A stretch of 64,000 nt of DNA, taken from assembly GCF_006345805.1 (NCBI RefSeq), contig NC_042997.1, positions 180,234,001 to 180,298,000 on the forward strand. The letters are read 5' to 3'. The notes below the pieces were generated by a model that saw only the letters and a list, made by a program, of their open reading frames with translations, was not told where the DNA came from and ran no database searches. This document shows positions 1 to 14,070 of this stretch, piece by piece (position 1 is the first letter of the stretch; each line of letters begins with the position of its first letter). The translations under genes and the position numbers were made by a program. The stretch is from Octopus sinensis (Eukaryota).

Positions 1-458
1 GATCGATAGTAGAATATTTATATAAATTTACATTACTTACCCTTACAGTTTTTCATTGCAGAATGAAAAACATTTTCCATTATGGAGAGAAAATTCTATC
101 ATTTCTGAGGAAATGGTTTTCTTATTATTGTTTATCTTATATTATATTCAAGAAAGCTATTTTGCATTCTGTCAACCAAGTGTTTTTCCTCTTTAAGAGA
201 AAATATATCAGTTTTACATTTTACAGATTTATTACATACGTATAACATTCATGTATACATACGTATATTTATGAGTGTTTTTTTTTGTGTGTACTGTGTA
301 CGTGTGTATGTGTGTGTGCGCATGCGTGTGGGTGTGAATCGGTGCGTATAGATATAATGTAGATATGTAGGTAGGTAGATAGATAGATAGATAACATCTA
401 TATGGTTCCACTTTATTCGAATATATTGAAACATTTTGTTGCTTTTTCTTTTATTCAG

Positions 459-520
459 ATCCCTATGTGTCATGCTGAAATTATCCAATTTATTATGTAT
501 TCGACGAGCACGAGTCTAAG
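459..520 (+). other. Candidate small exon of an unidentified gene (IPMCHAEIIQFIMYSTSTSL)
   Basis: Pyrimidine-rich acceptor (ttttgttgctttttcttttattcag) and donor AAG|GTGACA. One frame is open and phase-compatible with 1435-1457. No recognisable homology. Confidence 0.15.
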
Positions 521-724
521 GTGACAGAAATGAAAGCATATTGAAATATTGACACCAATTTCGCTATCATTTCTTCTTCTCTTACAAAAACTTATAATGT
601 GAGGGAAATTTTTTTGTTACATGTATTTATATAAGATTAAAAAGTCATTCCCATACAAGAAGATACAAAGAAATGTTTATGCACTCTACTAAAAAGTATT
701 GAGTAATCCTTCAGTTACGTTTTA

Positions 725-1025
725 ATGTTTTTATATGTGAGTCAGCAGGAGAAGAAGCATTCATGTACATATACATATAAATATATGTGTGTGATTGTGT
801 GTGTGGGTGTGTGTCTGTACATGTATGTATGTATGTATGTATACACACACACATATATATACATATGCATGTATACATGCATATTATTACAAACACATAC
901 AAACCTAGACTCACATAAACGCACACACACAAGCACAAACACATACACGCACAAACACACACAGGTATATATATATATATAAACGGCGGTGCATCGGCAT
1001 GGCCGCAGCTCTGAGCTGAAACTAG

Positions 1026-1067
<42 letters not shown>

Positions 1068-1180
1068 CTATATACCTATGCATATTATATATATACGTGT
1101 GTATATATATGTGTGTATATATATATGTATGTGTGAATGTGCGTATGTGAGAGAGTGTGTGTACGTGCGAGTGTGTGTGT
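725..1180. repeat. Compound (TG/CA/TA) microsatellite with a SINE-tail fragment at 981-1030
   Basis: Dinucleotide runs. The motif ggcggtgc..gcatggccgcag matches the 3' tail of the SINE at 17277-17690. Confidence 0.85.
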
Positions 1181-1434
1181 AATTATCCTTAGGATATGTT
1201 GACAGAATTCACGTGGGTTCTCTGTACATGCTATTTATATAACGAATTTAGATTCCTTTATCTGTCAACAATTTTTCAATTTATTACTTTTATAGGAATT
1301 TCTAATTATACTCATGAAACCAGAAATCGATTGCATATCTATTTTAAATCTATTGCCTAAACTCAACTCTCCAGATCCCAGCTCTCTTGAACGTATCATC
1401 TGAAATGAATTTTCTGATTCGCAATTCTTTTCAG

Positions 1435-1457
1435 TTGCTATTTGAACAACAGTAAAG
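1435..1457 (+). other. Candidate 23-nt micro-exon (CYLNNSK)
   Basis: Acceptor attcttttcag and strong donor AAG|GTATGA. Confidence 0.15.
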
Positions 1458-1676
1458 GTATGAAAACAAATATAATTTTTCGTTCACATCACTTCATATC
1501 ACTCTTTTTTATGGTAATTTTGTTTCCCAATTTTTAATATTACACGAATAGTGCAGAATAATTTCCTAAAATACTTCAGAGTAATCTATGAATATTTAAT
1601 TAAAAAATCAAACATTTCATTCATAGTCATTCAGCATACATTTTCCGAAGATTTTTTGTAACTTTTGAGATATATG

Positions 1677-1677
1677 A

Positions 1678-1727
<50 letters not shown>

Positions 1728-1875
1728 TATTGCTAGTAGTGGTAGTAGTAGTATTAGAGTAGTATAGTAGTGGTGGTGGTGCTGGTGGTGGTGGTGGTGG
1801 TGGTAGTAGTATTGGTAGTAGTATTGGTAATAGTAGTAGCAGCAACAGCAGCAGCAGTAGTAGTAGTAGTAGTAC
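1677..1875. repeat. Compound trinucleotide microsatellite (TAT)n/(TAG)n/(TGG)n/(CAG)n
   Basis: Seen directly. Confidence 0.95.
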
Positions 1876-2100
1876 GTCAACGAGCTGATAGATTCTTTAG
1901 CACGCTGGGGTAATTGGCAAAATGTTTAGCGGCATTTCATCCGTACTTAGGTTCTGAGTTCAAATTCTGATGAGATCAACTTTACCTGTTATCACGTTGG
2001 GATCGATCAAATAAGTACCACGTACGCACTGTGGTTGATGTAATCGACTAGCACCCTGCCCTACAATTTCAGGCTTTGTGCCTATAGTAGATAGGATTAT
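1876..2100 (+). mobile_element. Degenerate tRNA-derived SINE, family A (working label)
   Basis: Aligns by eye with 30702-30938 and 41393-41628 (gagctg..ttagcacg..gttctgagttcaaattc..gatgtaatcgact). Confidence 0.8.
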
Positions 2101-2149
2101 TATAACTCTTATTATTCATATTGACACAACGGATTAGAATGATGGAAAA

Positions 2150-2412
2150 GGAAAATTCTTAACCTCGGGCTACAACAAGTAGGTTTAGATGCCAAGAACT
2201 CCCTAAGTATCCTAGCTGTTCCTAATAACACTGTTTTCTGGAACTATACTAAACTGGGTTTTATGCCTATTTTCTATATAGATCTGTTCAAATCTATATT
2301 GATAGTTCCTAATGGCCCTATAACTACTAGGATACATTTTACGCGTACTTCGCATAGTTTCTGTAATTCAATGGCTAGGTCCGGGTACATTGCTGGGTTT
2401 TTTTCTATCTCT
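2150..2412 (-). mobile_element. 3' end of an R4/Dong-type (REL endonuclease) LINE
   Basis: Minus translation MYPDLAIELQKLCEVRVKCILVVIGPLGTI...KIGIKPSLV*FQKTVLLGTARILREFL matches the R4-clade C-terminal pattern KYQDL..E...LW.....VPVVIGALG...LQK..LLGTARILR. Confidence 0.75.
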
Positions 2413-2424
2413 CTCATGTAATAA

Positions 2425-2815
2425 TAATACCACAAATTTGCTTGTCAGGTGTTTGATCTTAACTGGTTGAGCATGTCCCTTAGTGGCTTACGATATGTGT
2501 ATCTCTAATCACGAGCAGAAGTAGTGGGGAGCATCATAGCCGTGTGTTGAGAGGGATTCTTTGGGGTTTGAAAAATTCACCTCTGGAAATATGGGTGTTT
2601 CGTTCAATATTCTTAAACAACACTTATTCATGGATCTTTTGAGATGGATGGGTTACTCGACCAGAAGAAATTTCTAACTGGGCTCCACCAGCAAAATCAT
2701 GTACTGTTTATCTTGATATGAGATCACCATGTCGCGCACATGTGGTTATGATGCATGTGCCTAGTGTACACTTATGAGAAGGTAGTCATGATAGGTATAC
2801 TGGGCTTTGTAAATT
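2425..2815. mobile_element. Truncated copy of the 555-bp (AAT)n-associated dispersed element
   Basis: Aligns with the interior of 21451-22005 and 62700-63262. Begins after TAATAATAA. Confidence 0.9.
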
Positions 2816-3684
2816 TCTAATATCATAGCATTTGGCTTAAGGAGGTTTCCCAGCTTGGCCTTAGTCCCTGAAAAAGCAAAGGAAAGAACACTCGAATAAA
2901 AGTGTGTTGCTACACGAATCGTTTACGATTTTGAATAATAGAAACCTTTTCAAAAAATAAAGAAAATAATGAAATATGTTATTTTCTTAAATAATGATAC
3001 AGATTTTGAAACGAGACATTATTTACGAAACATTGATTATTGTTAAATGTGAATCACTGACTTAGATTCTCCAAATATATAATTTTAAGTTAGATTTATC
3101 TACAATTATACAATTTGAAATTCGGGCAAAAATATACAGTTGAAAATAATATGCGTATAAGGATTTTGAGAAGGAGTGCGAGGAGGAATACGCGGTGGTG
3201 ATGGAAGAAGACGTTGATGATAGTGATAAAGAATATTGGAAGGAGGAGTAGGAGGAGGGGGAGGATAGCATGCAGAGGTGTAGAACATTTATACGACGAG
3301 AAACCTGTTATATAATATCCACATGTTGGATTGAAAACATCTTATCCAAAATAATAGAAAGTTTGTACAAATATTATAATTAATCGCAACAATACTTGTA
3401 TAAAGTGAAATATCTTCTGTCATTGAAGATAACAGCAAACTGAAAAAACTAGAGTATCAATTGGCAGATATTTATGGGTAAAAATGGAATGCAACAAACA
3501 AAATTGTGAAGGGTATAAATCCAAAGTCAGATTGATGTTACAAAAGGCTATGACAAGGCACTGAATTGAAAGGTCTTTGATCAATGTATCTGAAAGATAT
3601 CAATAGAATGAAAATAGGCAAAGAAAAGTTGCAATACTGTATGCGGATCGCAAGAATCAAAGTAGACACAGAACGATTTCGTAC

Positions 3685-3697
3685 TATATATATATAC

Positions 3698-3770
<73 letters not shown>

Positions 3771-3872
3771 CATACATAATATATATATATATATATATAC
3801 ATATATATACATATACATATATATACATGTATATATGTATATATATATATATACATGTGTATATATATATAT
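3685..3872. repeat. (TA)n microsatellite
   Basis: Seen directly. Confidence 0.95.
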
Positions 3873-4016
3873 TTTTGGGGGCTAATTTTGAAATTAAATC
3901 GGCACTTTATATTTACTCCTGGGAAAACTGCACAAGTGTGGTGGATTTCGAAAAGTTATAGCATATAGACTCGTGGCATGGTTATTATCGCCTCATGACT
4001 ATATGGTAGTCCTTGG

Positions 4017-4100
4017 CTTTCTGCTGAAAAGGCAACGCCAGTTGTAAATAAATTTATTATATTTACAAAAGTTTGCCGAAACTATGCATTGTCCAGAAAG
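4017..4100 (+). ncRNA. Type I hammerhead ribozyme motif with a G8A core substitution
   Basis: Stem I CUUUCUG/CAGAAAG, core CUGAAAA, stem II GGCAA/UUGCC plus an inner 9-bp hairpin, GAAA, stem III ACUAUGCAUUGU (near-palindrome), cleavage triplet GUC. Confidence 0.7.
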
Positions 4101-4131
4101 GAGAGGGTAAACGTTTTTATTTCTCTTTCCA

Positions 4132-4296
4132 GATAGATAGATGGATATATATATATATATACATACATGCATACATACATATATACATACATACATATAT
4201 ACATACATATATAGGTACATAGATACATACATACATACATACATAATGCATACATATATACATACATACATACATACATACATAATGCTTACATAT

Positions 4297-4327
<31 letters not shown>

Positions 4328-4355
4328 CATACATACATACATAATGCTTACATAT

Positions 4356-4386
<31 letters not shown>

Positions 4387-4404
4387 CATACATACATACA
4401 TACA
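4132..4404. repeat. (CATA)n/(TA)n microsatellite
   Basis: Seen directly. Confidence 0.95.
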
Positions 4405-5136
4405 TTCCTGATAGCGTGTTAGCATTCTGCTGCACAGCTCATTCATTAACCACCGAACGCATAGTTCTAGTTTCATGCTTGCAGTTTCTACCGTGATCAC
4501 TCTCAGCCCCATTTAAACTGAAAGCAATGTAAATGCCTCAAATTCCCCGACAGAGTAGGTATTCAAGTGTTGCCCGTGGAATATACTTAAAATCACAATC
4601 ACCCCTGAACATTAGGCTAGTGACCTCTCTCTATCCTCTTCTATTCTTTATCTATCTATTCTCCCACTATACTTTTATCGGTCCTGTTATGATTGAAGGT
4701 ATATTAAACCTCATTCGGATGTGAAATCGAAATGCAAATACACATTTTTAAAATTTTTCTGACACCCTACATATTTTGTGTTATATTACCCATTCTTTCG
4801 CTAAAGAATTTCCGTTACATAAAATCAAGCCATCGAAAAAACAAACAAACATACTTCCATATCACGATAAACATTTTGTCTCACACGCTTACTCGCTCAT
4901 ATCCAGAGACACAGGTGCATTCTCAAGCAGATACTCCAACTCACGCGTTAACACTTGCATATACATATATTGCATGCATGTATTTATATATACATATATA
5001 TGTGTGTGTGTGCATGTCTATAAACAAATGCGAAGATTTTGTTCTAATATTTGTTTCGGAATGACTTAATCTGAAGTTAGGTGTTGGAGGTGAATCGGCA
5101 AAATCACCAATGTGCGATGTTCGCAATCTGAAACGC

Positions 5137-6236
<1,100 letters not shown>

Positions 6237-7195
6237 GTGTTATCACTGCATTAATGTTGTCTGAGACGAAGCCGGAGACAGGCGACAAAACGTTTTGACG
6301 CTTCATATTTGACGATGCCATTAAGGAATATATGAAAGTGTATATTACAGAATTTATGAGTGTTTTAAATACCTAAAATGTCTCATCCTTAATTTTCAAA
6401 ATAAACAACAGAATGTAAAATATTCATGAAACAAAATGATGTCTCAATTTTTATGTTATTTTTACTCTTGGGAAAAGGAATGTATTCACTCGTATACATC
6501 TCAATTATTATACTAAATCTTACGATATATTGAAATTGTTGTAAAAGCAGCCAAATAGTATTGTCATAATTGGGTCGTTTTAAAAATTTAGTTTGTAAAC
6601 AAGATTAAGCATAGAGATATTTTTTATTATCTTGTTTAACGAAGATTGTGTTTTAGCAAGTTGCGCTCACTATCATTAAATTTTATCAGATGGAATTCCA
6701 TTCAGAAGTGACGTACAGACTTATAATACGTATCAATAAGCCTCCCTAGTGGGTAATTTAACACCTTCATGAGTTTTCCATTATTTTCTAACGACTAACA
6801 TCGATACCTTTTCTGAAACTCTAGTAGATCGATCTAGTGGAATCTGGCAAAGATTAGAGATATAAATTGGTTTGTCCATGAGATGTAACGTAATTATATA
6901 AGAGAACTGTCCAATGGTCAAAAACATTATCAAGAGCTTGGATTTAAGTTATAAGTTTTACAGACACTATTTCATACATAGTTAATGTTCCTACAAGTTT
7001 TCAAACTTGTATGAACTAAAATATTTTTCAACTTTGTATAAAATGGACATCCACATTCTGAATTCTGATACCAGAGCTGTTCTATGTCGTTGTCTTTTGT
7101 GTATTCTCTGAGGAATCAGTATGTCTGGTAATAAAGAATAAATCTTGGCAATATAAATAATAGATACATCAAATGTTTGACATGACGCACAGACT

Positions 7196-7410
7196 CTAAA
7201 AGTTGCTGAAAAGTTCCTGGCTTTAACAGTATCTCCAAAAGCCTGGTTGAAGACCCAGCCTTCCATGTTCTTTTACACGGCTTTGAACAACCGAAGGACC
7301 GCTGCAATAAGTCTGAATCTCAGAGGAATATATGTTGAATAAAATCATAATTAACTGACCTTCTTGTATTTTATTTTACCCAAAGCCAGAAACATTTCAG
7401 AACATCCTCG

Positions 7411-7412
<2 letters not shown>
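7196..7412 (+). mobile_element. Mariner-derived MITE
   Basis: Imperfect TIRs tgctgaaaagttcctggcttt (7204-7224) and aaagccagaaacatttcagaa (7382-7402), ends in TA. Interior resembles a frameshifted mariner C-terminus (KDRCNK...YVE*). Confidence 0.75.
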
Positions 7413-7483
<71 letters not shown>

Positions 7484-7493
7484 TATATATATA

Positions 7494-7615
7494 TCACCGT
7501 GATCACCGTGACCGACCAGGCTATCAGATGTTGCTACACATCCCTGGTTACAATGCACTTCGCATTGTTTTAGCCTTCAAATGACGTCACTCTGCTGGCT
7601 AAGCGAGCAGGCCCA
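7494..7615 (-). mobile_element. Dispersed-repeat fragment, probable SINE 3' part
   Basis: GC-richer block inside a (TA)n tract, recalled as an octopus SINE tail. No second copy in the window. Confidence 0.4.
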
Positions 7616-7693
7616 TATATGTATACATAATTGTTAGACAGGACAGCAAACATCTCAAGCCGTATAAAATATTATTACGGGAAAAAATTCAAA

Positions 7694-7749
7694 ATCTTAC
7701 AGCTGTTTCTGAGATATCTCCTAGTATGGGATATTGCATCAGCAGAGAC
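7694..7749 (-). ncRNA. Type I hammerhead motif with an A6C core substitution
   Basis: Minus strand: GUCU-CUGCUGA-UGCAAUAUC..GAUAUCUCA-GAAACAGCUGUA-AGAU. Stem III is the perfect palindrome ACAGCUGU; triplet GUA. Confidence 0.6.
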
Positions 7750-9499
7750 AAATAGGGGAAAACTAGGGAAAATGAGAATATATATTAATGAGATAACGAC
7801 ATAGAGGAAGGTAGTAAAAAATAAAGGGATGGAAAGAAAGAAGAAAAAATAAGCATAAAAGTTCATAGTTTAAATTTCCGAAGTTATAGAAACCAGAGCA
7901 TGAGTCCTTAGGTGCAATTCTACGAAGATCCAGGAGCATAAGTCCTTAGCTGCAATATGCGTAAGCCCATGTAGGTTAAAATCCTGATATGACTAAAATT
8001 TGGGAACTAAGGCCCCCATTAGGGGGTTTTAGAATCCTCATTAAAAACGGAAACCTTTGGTGACATTAACTTATTTACTATTGCACAAGATAAATGACTA
8101 TGTATACATACTACCTTCCATTTACTATTTCAGTGTTATTTACTCCACGTAACTCAGTTGTTTCCTCAAATCCAGACCACATTTCCGAAATGAAATTCCC
8201 AGCGCAATCTCGTTTTATCAACTCTAGTGAATGTGTCTCTGTATCTGAACCAGCTTAAAAGAACAGGCGTCAAATACTACAATACATTATAGCTTGTCTT
8301 CTCATTGAGAACTTTTTTTTTGCATGCATTCCTAGAGCGAAACCTAAACAAATTCTTAAGTTACTAAACTACGTCTCACGTTAATATCAACCTAAATAGA
8401 TATTGTAATGTATCAGCGATTAGCATCTCATTAATTTCCGCGATTCGAACCTACATGAATGCATTTCCTACACTTATATGGATCCTTTCACAAACTAATC
8501 CATCGAATTATTGATATATCAACAATTGTCAATTTATTAGAGAAACGTTTATCTAAACAGAAGTAATGTAATTAAATGTTAAATTACTGACATACAGAAA
8601 TGAATACTGGAGTTTTATTAACATTTAGAGCTATTACTATACATGTTGTCGATTGACAACGTTGTTTTACTTACTTTTTCTCTATTGTAGGAGTTTCAAA
8701 TTGACAGTATCATTTCGTTCTTCAAGTAGGCGTGTAACTACATTCCATATTGCTTTTCGTCATGAATATACTTCAAAACAAAGAAATCGAGGAAATATTT
8801 CTATATAAAAATCAAGAAAACAATAGTAAATATAATATAAAATATCAGCAACAGCAACAATACATATCCACAAATGTCCAAATAAGTCAGTTCTCAACAT
8901 GTGCTTCAGGAGGTTTTGCATTAAACTTATTCGTGTTTTTTAATAGCTATTCACGTTCATTTTCGTCATTCTTGTAACTCTATATTTCTTTCCACAGGTA
9001 ACATAACTACATGACTTAACTACAAGGAAACAGGAAAGACAAAACTAAAAATATTACTTCAAGACAATTATGCCCTGCTTGTGTTTTTCGAAATAAAAGC
9101 ATGTTTCTTCAAGCGGCATAATATATGCCTTCAAGCAAGGAAATATTTCAATGAGTTTGTATAACATGGCTTAAAGAAAATGAAGAAAATAAGATAAATT
9201 ACATCAAATCCATTCCAATAGGTTTTTCCGTAGTGTAATTTGTTGCATGAATTTATCATTGTTTTACCCTTCTAGGAATGCTTTTAGATTAATTTCAACA
9301 TTTCGCTGTGTATAAATTGTGATTGATATCGAAGATTTATAAACACAGACTTGGTTTCAATCTGTAGTTCTGTAGCTGACGTGTAACAAATAAAGTCCTA
9401 CCTATCATGAAATCATGCTTTAACCCACTGATGTATTTTTTCCATTATTTTACTATATTACTTACAGAAAACGGGCCATGTCGATGTCGAATCATGATC

Positions 9500-9535
9500 G
9501 TCATTATTACTATTATTATTATTATATTATTATTA

Positions 9536-9568
<33 letters not shown>

Positions 9569-9770
9569 CATTATTATCATTATTATTATTATTATTATAT
9601 TATTATTATTATTATTATTATCATTATTATTATTATTGTTGTTGTTGTTGTTGTTATTGTTGTTGTTGTTTTATTATTATAATTATTATTATTATGAGGA
9701 TGATGATGATAATGATCCCCGTACCACCACTACCACTACTACTACCACCAACAACAACACTATCACTACC
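9500..9770. repeat. Compound (TAT)n/(TGT)n/(GAT)n/(CAC)n microsatellite
   Basis: Seen directly. Confidence 0.95.
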
Positions 9771-10089
9771 AATTCGCTGGGATTGTAACAAAGTTTCAGC
9801 TGTCCACAATTACTAGGCTTAAGATAACACTCTTCATTCACATTTCGAGAATTCTGCAGAGGGTTCATGCTGTTCTAAGCAATACTGTTGCATGTAGATG
9901 CTCTATCTTATCAGTTACCTGTATCTTCTTAATCAATTTTCTGAGTTTGATAATCATGGTTCACTAAGTTCTAAGTTCAGCAAGAGCAGGTACAGCACTC
10001 CGTTTGAAAGTATCATACTTCACCTTCACTTTTCTTACCGATACTCTCTTACCACTATGGCATTCAATGTTTATGATTAAACAGGTATT

Positions 10090-11190
10090 TTTTTTTCTTT
10101 GTATTCCCATCCACGATAACCAGTTTCAAGGTTACGGCAGGTCACTATATCTCACAGTGTTTTTGCCTTGTCTTTCTCGATCACTTCCGCTGTTCGTACA
10201 TATTCCACCGCATACTTGTAACAGAACTCCCAGTAAATCATTCTCGCGACTTTATCACACCTTCTTTTGTATAGCTTTCATGTCAACTTCGTGATCTCAT
10301 TCACCGTTTGCCTTAGATTTCCACATATAGTATGCAACCTGCTCTTGTTACTTTCTGCACAGTATCGCCAATCTTCCGTTAGGTATAGTTAGTCCGCAAT
10401 ACTTGTTACTCCGCAGCACTTCAGTCACTGGTTTCAAGTCACTCTTCCTTAGGCAGTGCCACCTTTCAAAGGCATTTGTATTCCAGCGCAATTCTCTCAC
10501 ACACTGACATACATCTTTTTTCCATTCCATTCCCTTTCGTCTTCTTTCCTCTTTTTACTTAATACTTCTCTGTCTCGAAGCAAGTGTCTCTTCTGGTTAC
10601 ACCAGATATTCCAAAACACTCTTAATATATTTCTGCAAGCTATTTCTTCGGAGCATATGGAACTTTCGCTGTAGATTAGCTCTTCCCACCGTTGTGTCTG
10701 GTGAGGTAATCCTTTCAATATCGCTTATGGTGTGGAAATCTTGGTTTTTGTGAAAAGTTTTCTGTAACTCCTCATTCCTCAATTCAATAATATTTGCACT
10801 ATAAGTCAATATTATCTTTACTCACGTATTGATTGCTTTAAATCAATTTTGACCGCACCACAAACTTCCGATAGAGGCTTGTGTAAAGCTGATCATTATT
10901 TCTTCTTCTTTCATATCATTTACTTCAAGTATACCCAGGTATTTATATCCAGCATCGTTAATCATCTTTACCCTCGCTGGTAGTTTTATAACTACAAGTC
11001 TGTTGACATCCATTTTCGTCAGAAATTATTCTTAGTTTGTTTTTTAAACCAGATTCCATTAAGATGGCCTTCCCAAAGGAATGAGCTGTGTCTACTAAAG
11101 AACAAGCTTGAGTGTTACAGTACAGCTTCTAATAATCCGTAAATAATAGATGGTTGATTATTTCCAATGTTACTTTAAGATCATATGTAA
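10090..11190 (-). mobile_element. Decayed R4/Dong-type LINE (RT to zinc knuckle)
   Basis: Minus peptides INHLLFTD, GYKYLGILEVND, KAINT, TYSANIIE, WHCLRKSDLKPVTE and YKRRCDKVARMIYWEFCYKY, with many stops and frameshifts. Confidence 0.8.
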
Positions 11191-11396
11191 GTCATTTTGC
11201 TTTTAAACTCATGCTCGGTTTACTATGACATGTGGAAGCCACGCTCGAAACAACGTTGGTGAGTTTTCTCTAAATTTGCTTTTCTTCTACTGTTTGCAGC
11301 CGCTAAAATTGTAACTCTTGTTTTACCGATGTATCTATTATTATCTCCCCGTACTCCTATATTCTTGCCAGAGATTAGGCTTACGGCAAGATAACT

Positions 11397-13860
11397 ATGA
11401 AAACAAAGCCTCCAACAAAACAGAACAGGAGTGTTAATGTAGTTCCAGGTTTTGTTTGCTCGGGAAGAAGTTCATGGTATCCCAGATATTTTCTGTTTCG
11501 AAGGGTGCAAACAAATACAAATGGTCGTAAATGTTTCATCTGTGGCAAAATCGATTATATAAAATCCTTCTGCCCTATTGTGCAGGAGTCGGGAAGTGTG
11601 CCTCACTCTGCACCCTTGTTCCCAACACCAAATCCGTTGCAATACCAAGGGGGAAGAAGCGACAACGACGACAACCACAGGAGCAGATAGAGAAGAAAAG
11701 CTAACGGAAATCTTACTGACTCCACAGATTTAGAGGGGGCATCGGACGAGTCAAAAACATCAGGAGTGGTCTTTGAGAGACCTCCTCACCAAAAAAGGGG
11801 AGTGGTTAAGGTACAGGTGTAACCCCTAAATCTCAAAAGCTTGTGGGCACCAAACAGAATATAACAGAGACAGACACACGCACACAAACACAAACACACA
11901 CTCATAAACACGCACATATGCCCTTTTCTCTTCACCTTCTTTAGGTCATTATACTCTGGCCATGTATGAGATCCGGCTTATAGTATCAGTTGAACATCTC
12001 ACGGACGAGCCTTTCAGGTACATAGATCTATGAAAGGACAAAATTTTACAGAGGGCAAAGTAATTGATGCACTCACCATTGCTGAAATGTCAGAAGAGAT
12101 GCTTCTGGTAAGAACAACTCCCACTATGTATCGTATTTGAAGGAAACGTTTTCCACATCATGTGCTAGTTTTCAAAAATTTATTAGATAAATGTATACTG
12201 GAAGATCCGTTTAAAGGCCACGAAAAACACTAGGTTAAGTGATGGACTCCTTTTTGTTTCGTTCACGCCTTTATTATGGCAATTCTAAGAACAGTTTAAC
12301 CAAATTCTCGTGGCCTGAGGGCCACCTACTCAGTTACCTCATCTATCTACGTCTGGATGCAGTAGCAATTAGTGAACCTCGGACTTCCGAAACGCAATCA
12401 CTCTACCTCTGGACGACTACGAGGTTTGTGCCTCTTTCTGCCTGCCTGGATGAAATGGCGTCACGTCGCTGTTTCGGAGAGGTTTTGACCTGAAGGTGAG
12501 AACAGTTTCTCTCGTTCCAATGACAGGCTATACTCCAACAGGAGCCGGACGTCTGGATGTTTTAGACGGCTATAAACTTTCCTTGGAAGATTACGCTCAT
12601 TGGCGGGCGATTTAAATGGGATCTCAGAAACAAGTGAAGATTACGTGAGAGCAGCTAATACAAAGGTGGGGTACAAAAGCTTACCCAGGCAGTTTCAACT
12701 GTATGACAGGCAGTTTCAACAGTAAGACAGGCTTTCCTGAATACACCAATATGGACTTGGTTGAATCGAAATGGGTCTTTCAGGTCATACTTAGAAAGGA
12801 TTTCTATTAGGCTAGCAGATAAGCAGAGCATACGTTGCCGAAAACCTTCAATTCGTTGGATATCTAGATCACAAATTCGGAATCTTTACAATCAACTCAG
12901 AATAAATAATTAGACAAGGATCCAGTTATTGGAAGAAGGACACCTCATTTCCGCCACATTAAGATTTCAGGGATCAGATTAATAGACTATTGGAGAGGGA
13001 GACATCAACAACAACATGTAGTGTGTTTCCCTTAAAAGGAAAATCAGAGGCAAGGAGACTGTCTTTTTACAAAACAATAGAATAGAATTTACAAAACAAT
13101 AGAAGAGAAAGTAAACTAATTTGTAACTGAGAAAAGGCACATAGACGAGGATAGCAAATGGCGTACTAGCTGCAGAAATAGCACTTGACCAATTCTTTGA
13201 CGTGAAATGTGAAGGTTTACATTGCCCAAGCTAGGTTTCGTGAGCTGAAACACAAAGTTTCAAAAGTCATTGACTGGGCCAAGTAAAAGAGGTGCAGCAC
13301 AGAAACAAGCCAAAAGTTCGGTCTGTGACTGACCGTAGCGGCTCTGTACTTACTAATGCCAAACTGAAATAACGCTGTATTTTGGTAGCACTTGGCCGAT
13401 CGCTTTTCAGGGCGTAGTATGCTTGAGACAGCGGGACTTGAGGCCTAACTCGTTCGTATGCAGTGCCTATCGGGCAGTGAGATTGAATGCTATAAGAAGG
13501 CGATTTCATCGAAGGAAGTGACAGCTGTACTTAGCTTCTGTGTGGGACGCAAATGACCAGAATTAGGTGTTCTGCCCTATGAATTATATTTCCACATGTC
13601 TGTCTTGTATGCTTCGGTTTTGATAGCCGCCAAAAACCGTGGTGGTCTTGGGATGCAGTTACCACGCTCTGAGGCGGACGCACCTACAGAAATACCTAAA
13701 TCACTGCGATGTTGTGAACGACGGAAACGAAAACAGGGTAGAACTAGTGAGGGCGTCCTTCAGGTGACACGTCTGTCCGCTGCTGGTGTCATTGATTAAG
13801 CTGCAATCGTGTGCCAAACGTAGAACAATATTGGGCGTCTGACATCTAGAATTTTAGTAT
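11397..13860 (+). mobile_element. Decayed, internally deleted L1/Tx1-type LINE (ORF1 zinc knuckle, APE endonuclease, RT start)
   Basis: CFICGKIDYIKSFC (11532-11573; CX2CX4[H>Y]X4C), LDAVAISE, GDLN and LDH (APE motifs), ISSKEV...GRK*PELGVLPYELY and KNRGGLGM. Confidence 0.75.
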
Positions 13861-13904
13861 TGCGATGTGATCGATATGTTTAGGAGTCCACTTAAATACC
13901 CAGA

Positions 13905-13975
13905 TGGATAGACAGACAGACAGACAGAAGGATATGTAGATAGATAGACAGAAAGACAGACTGACAGTCAGGCAC

Positions 13976-14068
<93 letters not shown>

Positions 14069-14070
14069 GA
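13905..14070. repeat. (GACA)n/(GATA)n microsatellite
   Basis: Seen directly. Confidence 0.95.

Noticed and set aside
8690-9010. Strong-looking acceptors at 8690 and 8998 (also 20823 and 39510)
   Set aside because: No convincing donor or long open frame follows.
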